DNA of 49,194 bases from Tannerellaceae bacterium. GTDB lineage: Bacteria > Bacteroidota > Bacteroidia > Bacteroidales > Tannerellaceae. The notes beneath the pieces were generated by a model that was not told the DNA's origin, did no database searches, and saw only the letters and a program-made list of their open reading frames with translations. Position 1 is the first letter of the stretch. The number at the start of each line of letters is the position of its first letter. Shown piece after piece: positions 16,744-24,654 of the stretch. The stretch lies in NCBI GenBank assembly GCA_021201565.1, contig JAJQES010000026.1, forward strand, positions 1 through 49,194, given 5' to 3'. The position numbers and the translations under genes were made by a program.

Positions 16744-17607
16744 TTATAAACCCGAAGCAAGTTGTTTAACAAAGGTTTCATCCTGAGGGGTAACCGGGTC
16801 ACCGCTCTCTTTGAAAATGCCTACAATATAGGGTCCTTTCCAGTACACCGGGATATCTCCGTTGTATCTGTCGTTGATCACCAAAGGCCCTTCCGTATAT
16901 TCCTGCGTCTGGCGGGCAAACGCAAAATATTTGTCTAACAGCTCACGGGCGCCTTCCGTACTTTTTGCATCAATAATGAATGCCTGGAAAGAACGGCCAG
17001 CCTGGTTATAAGCAGCCGTATAAACGGATTGCAGGAACTCATGTCCGATATAATTGGAAGTAATATAGGCGACCGAATAAGGAGTTAACCCTTCCGCAGG
17101 AAATGCTTTGACCAACGCCGGATAGGCGGCCTGCGGATCAATGGATTGAGCCAGTTGGGTTGCTATGGTTTGTAAAGTGGCTGAAATATCTTCTGTCGCA
17201 TTTGTCCACATCTTTACATAGATGTTTCCGGAAAAGAAAAAAATACTTTTGCCATCTCCCTGTGCTTCCCCTCCGATAGGCAGGAACGAGAGGTCCGAAG
17301 AACGTTCGGAAGTGTACATCCCAAACGCGTCTTCCGGGCTCGCATGCCGGTAAGACTGAACCGTGATATACTCATCTCCCCGGGTATATTCCAGTGAGGT
17401 CATCTCCTGAAAGTTATTTTCAATGAAAAGAGGGGCGGCCCCGTTGATGCGGTCAAACAGATTATCTTCATCAAACACTTCGGTTTCGGCCGATAACGTC
17501 CAGCCATCTACCACGGGCAGATAAGACCGCAGTTCTGCCGGAGTCTGGGCGGCAACTGTACACGCAGCCAGACAGGCTGCGAACATCAAATTTACAATTC
17601 GTTTCAT
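16744..17607 (-). CDS. secreted hypothetical protein
   Basis: Signal peptide MKRIVNLMFAACLAACTVAAQ. No family recognised. 24 nt downstream of the Fe-S AKR gene. Confidence 0.6.
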   Translation of the reverse strand: MKRIVNLMFAACLAACTVAAQTPAELRSYLPVVDGWTLSAETEVFDEDNLFDRINGAAPLFIENNFQEMTSLEYTRGDEYITVQSYRHASPEDAFGMYTSERSSDLSFLPIGGEAQGDGKSIFFFSGNIYVKMWTNATEDISATLQTIATQLAQSIDPQAAYPALVKAFPAEGLTPYSVAYITSNYIGHEFLQSVYTAAYNQAGRSFQAFIIDAKSTEGARELLDKYFAFARQTQEYTEGPLVINDRYNGDIPVYWKGPYIVGIFKESGDPVTPQDETFVKQLASGL

Positions 17608-17631
17608 ATATTCCTTTATACAATTAATCTA

Positions 17632-18819
17632 TCAGGATAAAAATGCATCCGCCACATCCCGTACCGGCGTAATGGCTGCAATCTTAGTAGCCACATCAAA
17701 ACCGGACACGCAGGTCACCTTACAGCTATCACAGTTGCTACAAGCGTTTTCCGGCAGGTCCAGTTCCTGTAACGTCTCCTTGGATAAGCGGGAATATTTA
17801 TAACCGTAGGCATACATATAGGCACGCATCAGGTCCGGGATGGGCAATCCTTCCGGACATTGGGCCAGACATTTACCACATTGCTGGCAATAAAGCAACT
17901 CCTTATTACACAGAGCAGCCAGATACTCCTGTTCACCGGAAGACAACTCCGGCCGGCGGACAGCAGCCAGGCACTCTTCCAGTTCGTCATAATTACTGAA
18001 TCCGGGAATAATTGTCGTAATATAGGGATTTTTCCAGGCCCATTTCAGGCACGCCTGTGCATTGATCTTCTTTTTTCCTTCAGCATCTTCCACCCCGCCG
18101 GTCATGGTTTTCATGGCTACCAGGCCAATCCCGGCTTTTCCGGCCCGTTCAATCGCCTCTTCCGTCTCTTTGAGATTGTTCAGTTTAAAGTTGTAACTCA
18201 ACAGGATCACATCATAGATGCCGGCATCCACAGCCGCATGAATCTGTTCCGGTTTTCCCGCATGAGTCGAAAATCCAACGAAACGGGCTTTTCCATCCTC
18301 TTTGATCTTCTGTAAGGCTTTCACAATACGGGGATCGCTTACTTCTTCTACCGAATCATAGGCATGCGCATAAAAAATATCCACATAGTCCATTTGAAGC
18401 CGTTTGAGACTGAGTTCCATTTTCTCTGCCAGGTCTTCTTCAAACCGGTCACTCAGCGGATAATCAAACTTAATCTTGGTCGCAATACAATACTTCTCCC
18501 TGGGTTTATCTTTAAAGAAATTACCCACCATCTCTTCATTCTTTCCATTCTGGTAACCATGCGCCGTATCAAAATGGAAAATACCGGAATTATAAGCGGC
18601 ACGCAATACATTCGGATTGTCGGCACGCATCACCCCCATGCTTAACATCGGAAGCTGTATGCCCGTACGGCCCAGCGTACGTACCGGAATCACCTCCGTT
18701 TCTGCCGGTTTGGGAGGTGCCATCGTAGATGCGACTGCATCAGGGATCAAGATTGTTCCTACTCCGGCTGTTGCTGAAAGACGGAGGAAATCTCTGCGGT
18801 TTACAATTTTCTTTGTCAT
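17632..18819 (-). CDS. TAT-exported aldo/keto reductase with C-terminal Fe-S cluster domain
   Basis: Start moved to ATG 18819 (MTKKIVNRRDFLRLSATAGVG twin-arginine signal). AKR core plus CQQCGKCLAQCP and CSNCDSCKVTC. Confidence 0.8.
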   Translation of the reverse strand: MTKKIVNRRDFLRLSATAGVGTILIPDAVASTMAPPKPAETEVIPVRTLGRTGIQLPMLSMGVMRADNPNVLRAAYNSGIFHFDTAHGYQNGKNEEMVGNFFKDKPREKYCIATKIKFDYPLSDRFEEDLAEKMELSLKRLQMDYVDIFYAHAYDSVEEVSDPRIVKALQKIKEDGKARFVGFSTHAGKPEQIHAAVDAGIYDVILLSYNFKLNNLKETEEAIERAGKAGIGLVAMKTMTGGVEDAEGKKKINAQACLKWAWKNPYITTIIPGFSNYDELEECLAAVRRPELSSGEQEYLAALCNKELLYCQQCGKCLAQCPEGLPIPDLMRAYMYAYGYKYSRLSKETLQELDLPENACSNCDSCKVTCVSGFDVATKIAAITPVRDVADAFLS

Positions 18820-18964
18820 ACTGGACTTATTAGTTTTTATACACTGGAAACAATAATTGGTTAACACAAAAATAGATATTTTTATGTAAGACCACACGAA
18901 GTGAAGGAAGTTTAATCCACTAAAAAAGAAAATTAATCTGGATACGGGGGATAAAGGTATCCAT

Positions 18965-19169
18965 TCTTTCAGGTTTGCAACCTGGAAGCGAAACAATGGA
19001 AAGCCCCGATAAACCGGGATGTTCCATTTGTAACTTCCCTGCGGCTGAAAGACGCATATTTATTTGTATATTTTTATATAGCCGCTTTGCGACTATGGAA
19101 GTTATAAATCAAAGATTCCGGTTTACCGGAACAACAGGTGTTTCTGCTCCGGGTTAGAAACCCGAAGCA
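18965..19169. repeat. composite structured repeat E2
   Basis: See E1: same flanks, interior inverted, plus an extra hairpin TTCCGGtttaCCGGAA. Confidence 0.8.
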
Positions 19170-19206
19170 TACGAGCATACGATAATCTGTTTTTCTTCCT
19201 TCTTAT

Positions 19207-19234
19207 CTTCCCCTTTAGGGGACGGAAGGGGTTA
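19207..19234. repeat. W-type hairpin unit overlapping a stop codon
   Basis: cttCCCCTttAGGGGacggaaggggtta. The terminal tta is the TAA stop of the 19232-22528 gene. Confidence 0.6.
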
Positions 19235-22200
19235 CTTCACCAAAAACGACATGACATGCTGCTCCCGGTGAGAGATTTTATCTAATTGGATGACTTTCCG
19301 GGTAAGTTTCTCAGTCGGTCTTCCCCAGTTACGGTACACGTCTACATAGACTTTCGGTTTACTGGCTGTACGGGTACCCGCGTCACCATAATAGACTAAC
19401 CGGATAGCATATTTACCGGCCGGCGCCTCTCTCAGCAGGTACATTTCGGGGCCGTATCCATTCGTCACGTCAATCGTCATTTGTCCTCCGGATGCTGTAT
19501 TCCGGTGATTGTAATAACACTCCTCCCCACTTGGTTCTATCACATGCAGGTCTATATCCGTATTTCCCACATTCCAGTTAATCATCACCACAATATCCGC
19601 TTCTTCGGCTTCTTCCAGCCCATCACTTTCCAATATATCCAACGCCTTTTTCCGGAGAACCTCCATATACGCACGGGTAGCGTCTGTGATCAGGTATTTA
19701 TCCGGAACGGACAATTCAACCACATAGCGCAGACACTTTAAAGCGGCCAACGTCCGCAGGCTTCCATAGTCACGGTTCCAGTCTGTCCCTACACACACGG
19801 AATAATAGAGCAGAGCCATATCAATCCGGCCCGCGGCAGCCAAAGCCTCCGCAGCCGTCAGATAAGCCAGTCCCTCTCCCTCACGCCATTCAATGATCCG
19901 TCTCATCATATAATATCCATATTCCGGCAGGCCCCAGTCAATGGCAGCCATGGCCACATCCCGTATAGCCTGAATATCCGAAGCATTGCGTTCAATGACG
20001 GAACTCAATAATTTCAACGCGTCCGGCTTACCGGCCACGGCCCGCCGTTTGGCCAGCGGATACAGGTTATCATACCGGATATCCTCGTCAGCCAGTAACT
20101 CTTTCTCACTAACGGTTTGTTGGTCCGCCTGGCGGATCCGGTACTCACGGGGACGGATAGGAACTTCAAACGCATGTTCCGGTAATCCTTCCAGATACCC
20201 TTTCATAAAAGCAATATCCATCTCATTATCCAGCCGTTCCAGCCACGATATAAACTCTGCTTTGGGATTGCCCAATAAGTGAGTGGCCGGCGAACTCATA
20301 AAGGCTTCTACCAGTTCCGTCACTTCATAGTCCATTACAAACTCGCGCGCTTCGTATTCATCTACCACAAACTCCTTATAATCCCAGTCGTTTTCCAGCA
20401 TAAGCAGCGAGGTATACCTGCCGGGCACCCAATAATAGGTCGCATAGTTTACAGCGGCTTCCTCTGCCTGTAAGCCATAATTTTCCAGATACCCGGTTGC
20501 GACCTGGCCATACATACGGGAAACCAGTGACGAGGTCAACGTATGTTTCGCTTTATACTCAATCGTCCGCTTTTCGACCCCATTATTCAGGTCGATGCGG
20601 ATAGTGCCTTCCGGAATTTCACGTCCTGTAAAAATCAGTTTTTGTCCATTATATAACTGAGCCGGCTGTCCGGCAATCAAAAAGTCCTCTGTGCCCTTTA
20701 CCTCTATCTTTTCAATCGTCCACGGCTTGTAACGGAATGAACGGGCTGTCAACGCCAGTTCCTCCTCGCCGGTCACTGTAAAAGCAAATCCGCCGGACAC
20801 ACTACTGAGGTAATTCAGGATTCCCACATTCGTTCCGGACAATCCGGTTTTATAGGTATGCACCCGGTCACCCGGTTGAAGCAGAAGCCCGAACTTATGC
20901 ATATTGGTTTCTCCCCAGTTACAATCCGCGTCACTTAACAGAAACAGATGTTTAGGCTGCTGCGCCTCTTTTTTAAGCCAATAAGGAGAAGAGGCTTCCT
21001 GCAAAGCAGAAGCCAGATCAGTCGCTCCTTCCAGGCCTAACGTATTGACATAGTTTTTAAGCTGCTCAATATTATAGGCATTATTGCTTTCAAAATAGGT
21101 TTTATACCAATGGGTTTCGACGTTAAAGGTCACTACTGCGTACCGTTTAATAATGTCCCGGTTCTTTTTCAGGATCTCTTCCATCAGTAACAGCCACACA
21201 TTGAACTTATCCGGACTGGAACTCAGGGAGACATCCAGTAGGAACACAGCATCTGTGGGAAGATTCTCTTCCGGTATTTCCGGTAATGTTACCCGGTAAG
21301 TAGAAGCAAAATAGGGAATATCCAACTTTTCCGTACCATCAGCCGGTTGAACCAGCATCACAGGGTCTACATTCCTGTAACGGACCGTGTAATCTTTTTT
21401 CTTTGGATTCACCAACGAATAATGTGTATATCCCTTTTCCGATTCCACAGGTTCTATTTTAGGCGAAACGGATGCCTGTAAATCCGGCGCTTCCTGTATA
21501 AGCAGATCGACTTTTATCTCACATTTCGTCTGGGGCAACTGCAAAATATATTCGCGGAAATCCAGGGCTTCATTCATATAGAGATCATATCCCACCACAA
21601 TCCGGTGGAGGGTATGGTTTTGCAACGGGAATACCCGGCAACTGAACATATCCGCTCCCCCGAATTCCATCAGGGCCGGATCGATATTTGCCGAAACGGT
21701 TTGTTCGTATGCTTTGGCAGCCTTCTGGCGGGAAACGATCTGCGCCGCCCTGATATCATCCCAGTCACGTCCTTCCTGCTCTTCTATGTCTCCGTAATGC
21801 AAACTAAACTCTTCCAGGCTATAGTCTGCAAAAGGCAGTAGTCTGGCTTTTTTCTTATCTTCTTCCTCTTCGTCCAGATATTCTGTTTCTCCGAACGCAA
21901 AATAATAAGGGGACGCTTCCGCCGGCAATTTCAGCTTGAATACCCCTTCCAGTCCATTCCCTTTATCATTGTAGAAGAAACAATCCATCAATACCCGCAC
22001 CCGGAAGCCATCCACCCGGACAGCTAACTGAACTCCCTGGGGAGAAAGATATTCCCCTTCTCCGATTTCCAGCCGGATAGAGTTGTCTCTCGTTCCGGAA
22101 CGTTTCCAGGTCGTAGCTGTTTTCTCTTTCCCTTTAGCGGCAGAAACGGTACTCATACTCCCCGCTATATCTCCCCGTCTTACAGTTCCATAACCGACCA

Positions 22201-22528
22201 CCACTACTTCATCCAACCTCTGGTTGTCTCCAAATAACCGGATCAGATATTCCGATTGACCGGAAACCGGAACTTCCTGCATGATAAAACCAATATAAGA
22301 AATCTGTAAAACCGGATTGGATATATCATCTTCAATGGTAAGTGTGAAATGTCCATCTATATCTGTAATCGTTCCATTCGTAGTTCCTTTCACAAGGACA
22401 TTTGCCCCAATCACAGGATCCGCATAATCATCTATCACAGTCCCGGTAATAGTGCGGGCTGAAACCGCATAGGCAGGAAATACAAATAAGAGTATCCACA
22501 AAGCATACAAGCAGGCCGGTGTTTTCAT
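19232..22528 (-). CDS. large secreted multidomain protein: SusC-like N-terminus + VIT-like + vWA + helical region + DUF2135 (YfaP-like) C-terminus
   Basis: Start at ATG 22528 (MKTPACLYALWILLFVFPAYAVSA). CarboxypepD_reg-like TGTVIDDYADPVIGANVLVKGTTNGTITDIDGHF, then LDEVVVVGYGT. vWA MIDAS LLDVSLSS ... GATD ... LLSDAD. C-terminal DLHVIEPSGEECYYNHRNTASGGQMTIDVTNGYGPEMY. Confidence 0.8.
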   Translation of the reverse strand: MKTPACLYALWILLFVFPAYAVSARTITGTVIDDYADPVIGANVLVKGTTNGTITDIDGHFTLTIEDDISNPVLQISYIGFIMQEVPVSGQSEYLIRLFGDNQRLDEVVVVGYGTVRRGDIAGSMSTVSAAKGKEKTATTWKRSGTRDNSIRLEIGEGEYLSPQGVQLAVRVDGFRVRVLMDCFFYNDKGNGLEGVFKLKLPAEASPYYFAFGETEYLDEEEEDKKKARLLPFADYSLEEFSLHYGDIEEQEGRDWDDIRAAQIVSRQKAAKAYEQTVSANIDPALMEFGGADMFSCRVFPLQNHTLHRIVVGYDLYMNEALDFREYILQLPQTKCEIKVDLLIQEAPDLQASVSPKIEPVESEKGYTHYSLVNPKKKDYTVRYRNVDPVMLVQPADGTEKLDIPYFASTYRVTLPEIPEENLPTDAVFLLDVSLSSSPDKFNVWLLLMEEILKKNRDIIKRYAVVTFNVETHWYKTYFESNNAYNIEQLKNYVNTLGLEGATDLASALQEASSPYWLKKEAQQPKHLFLLSDADCNWGETNMHKFGLLLQPGDRVHTYKTGLSGTNVGILNYLSSVSGGFAFTVTGEEELALTARSFRYKPWTIEKIEVKGTEDFLIAGQPAQLYNGQKLIFTGREIPEGTIRIDLNNGVEKRTIEYKAKHTLTSSLVSRMYGQVATGYLENYGLQAEEAAVNYATYYWVPGRYTSLLMLENDWDYKEFVVDEYEAREFVMDYEVTELVEAFMSSPATHLLGNPKAEFISWLERLDNEMDIAFMKGYLEGLPEHAFEVPIRPREYRIRQADQQTVSEKELLADEDIRYDNLYPLAKRRAVAGKPDALKLLSSVIERNASDIQAIRDVAMAAIDWGLPEYGYYMMRRIIEWREGEGLAYLTAAEALAAAGRIDMALLYYSVCVGTDWNRDYGSLRTLAALKCLRYVVELSVPDKYLITDATRAYMEVLRKKALDILESDGLEEAEEADIVVMINWNVGNTDIDLHVIEPSGEECYYNHRNTASGGQMTIDVTNGYGPEMYLLREAPAGKYAIRLVYYGDAGTRTASKPKVYVDVYRNWGRPTEKLTRKVIQLDKISHREQHVMSFLVK

Positions 22529-22978
22529 ATAATTTAATTTTAATTTATACACAAAACGGTTAAAATCCAATCGTTTTTTCTAAATAGAGTCCGTTATACA
22601 TCAGATTCCACAAACCAAATATAGACTTTTTTATCCTTTCACTTCTTCAAAAATGTTTTTTTTCATTTATAGGACGAATTATTTCTCTGATTTCTTCCCG
22701 GAGAAGAGAAAAGAAAGGGGAGGAAACAGATCTTTTTTTCCGGAAGGAAGAAGAAGCCGGAAGTCTCCGGAGTAACAAAATGACAAAATAAAACAGCTTT
22801 TAAAAACAGACCGGAAAAAAGGGCCGGTACCATCATCAGAAATGACTATCCTTTTGTCCGGGAGTAGTGAATTATACGAACAGAATGTCCCCGCTTAACC
22901 TGCTGTGCGTACAGTCTGCCGTACCATCCCCCGGAAAGGGTTCAAATACGCGATTCTCAGCGTCTTTAAATAAAGAAA

Positions 22979-23488
22979 TCACTCCTCTGTAAGGAGCTTC
23001 AGTAACATCCGCAGGGCAGTAGTAGCAGCACAGGCCATATTTTCCTCCCGGTTACCGGTGAAATGGTAACAGTTTGAGAGGAGTTGAGTACGGGTAGCCG
23101 CTGCGATCCAGACGGTCCCTACCGGCTTTTCCGGCGTACCCCCATCAGGACCGGCTATACCGGAAGTAGCGACCGCACAATCACACCCTAATAGCTGCAT
23201 CGCCCCTTGTACCATCTGCTCTATGACCGGTTGACTGACCGCCCCCTGTTCATCGAGATCTTTCTGAGACACTCCCAGGAGGTGCTTCTTTACCTCATTG
23301 CTGTACGAAACCACACTACCAACATAATACGCCGAAGCTCCCGGCAACGCAGTCATTCGTCCGGCAATCCGTCCCCCGGTACAGCTTTCCGCCGTTCCCA
23401 TCGTCCATTTCTTCTGCTTCAATACTTCTCCCAGTTGTTGTTCCAGAGGCATCTCTTGCTGCTTTAACCTATGTTCCATAGTTATCAA
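22979..23488 (-). CDS. pncC: CinA C-terminal-domain protein / NMN amidohydrolase
   Basis: 169 aa, GTAESCTGG motif. Start overlaps the tsaD stop by 4 nt. Confidence 0.8.
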   Translation of the reverse strand: MITMEHRLKQQEMPLEQQLGEVLKQKKWTMGTAESCTGGRIAGRMTALPGASAYYVGSVVSYSNEVKKHLLGVSQKDLDEQGAVSQPVIEQMVQGAMQLLGCDCAVATSGIAGPDGGTPEKPVGTVWIAAATRTQLLSNCYHFTGNREENMACAATTALRMLLKLLTEE

Positions 23489-24504
23489 ATCACGACCCGT
23501 GAAAAAGGAACCACATCCATCCCGGTGAATTCGCCTTTCAGATACCTGAAATAGCCGCTCATAGCCACCATAGCCGCATTATCCGTTGTAAAAGCAAATT
23601 CCGGGATATGGATCTTCCATCCATACCGCCGGGCATGGTCTACAAACGCATCCCGCAAACCGGTATTTGCCGAGACCCCTCCGGCCACAGCCACCTCTTT
23701 AATGCCCAGATCTTTGGAGGCTTTTCGGAGTTTATTCATCAGAATATCTACCACCGTAGCCTGCAACGAAGCACACAAATCGGCTCTGTTTTGTTCGATA
23801 AAACCGGGATTTTCTTTCAGATGATCTCTCAGGGTATATAAAAACGAGGTTTTTAATCCGCTGAAACTATAATCATACCCGGGGATATGCGGTTTACTGA
23901 ATGTAAATGCTTCCGCATTCCCTTCATTGGCCAAACGGTTTACCACCGGTCCTCCCGGATACCCCAGCCCCATCACCTTGGCACATTTATCAAACGCTTC
24001 ACCGGCCGCGTCATCTATCGTCTGGCCAATCACTTCCATTTCATCCTGGCTTTTCACGAGTATGATCTGGGAATTTCCTCCGGAAACCAATAAACAAAGA
24101 AAAGGGAAAGCGGGTTGACCGGTGTCCTCCGGTGTTTCTTTAATAAAATGAGCCAGGACATGCGCCTGCAGGTGATTTACTTCTACCATCGGAATATTCA
24201 GCGAAGCCGCGAAGCCTTTTGTAAAAGAAGTGCCCACCAACAGGGATCCCATCAAACCGGGACCCCGTGTAAAAGCGATCGCGTCCAGTTCCGTTTTGTC
24301 AATGCCGGCCTGCCGGATCGCTTCAGCTACCACCGGAACAATGTTTTGCTGATGCGCACGGGAAGCCAGTTCCGGCACCACCCCGCCGTACGCTTCATGC
24401 ACCTTTTGACCGGCAATTATATTGGAAAGCATGACCCCGTCACGGATCACTGCGGCTGATGTATCATCACAGGATGATTCGATACCTAATATTGTTACGC
24501 TCAT
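23485..24504 (-). CDS. tsaD: tRNA N6-adenosine threonylcarbamoyltransferase
   Basis: ILGIESSCDDTS, Kae1/TsaD family, 339 aa. Confidence 0.95.
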   Translation of the reverse strand: MSVTILGIESSCDDTSAAVIRDGVMLSNIIAGQKVHEAYGGVVPELASRAHQQNIVPVVAEAIRQAGIDKTELDAIAFTRGPGLMGSLLVGTSFTKGFAASLNIPMVEVNHLQAHVLAHFIKETPEDTGQPAFPFLCLLVSGGNSQIILVKSQDEMEVIGQTIDDAAGEAFDKCAKVMGLGYPGGPVVNRLANEGNAEAFTFSKPHIPGYDYSFSGLKTSFLYTLRDHLKENPGFIEQNRADLCASLQATVVDILMNKLRKASKDLGIKEVAVAGGVSANTGLRDAFVDHARRYGWKIHIPEFAFTTDNAAMVAMSGYFRYLKGEFTGMDVVPFSRVVI

Positions 24505-24654
24505 CTATTCAAATTTTATGCAAAATAACAAAATCTATCGCGATAATATTGTAGATTTGTAAGGAAAATTGAGCAAGGTATTAGAGGATTAAAATACATA
24601 TTCGTTACATTACTGGTTCTTTTCTGGATATTCTATGCCATTCCGGTTATCTTA

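Noticed and set aside
18820-18996. 59-aa N-terminal extension of the Fe-S aldo/keto reductase ORF.
   Set aside because: The extension overlaps the E2 repeat and a candidate promoter. The internal ATG 18819 yields a textbook twin-arginine signal peptide at the very N-terminus.
22529-22570. 14-aa extension (MDFNRFVYKLKLNY) of the large vWA/DUF2135 ORF, and the similar TTG extension 3665-3703 of the carbonic anhydrase.
   Set aside because: In both cases the next ATG begins a canonical signal or lipoprotein peptide. The extensions are AT-rich leader-like sequence.
22926-22950. gggttcaaatacg resembles a tRNA T-arm (GGTTCAAATCC).
   Set aside because: No matching acceptor, D or anticodon stems could be folded around it. 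The match to the T-loop consensus breaks after 9 nt.
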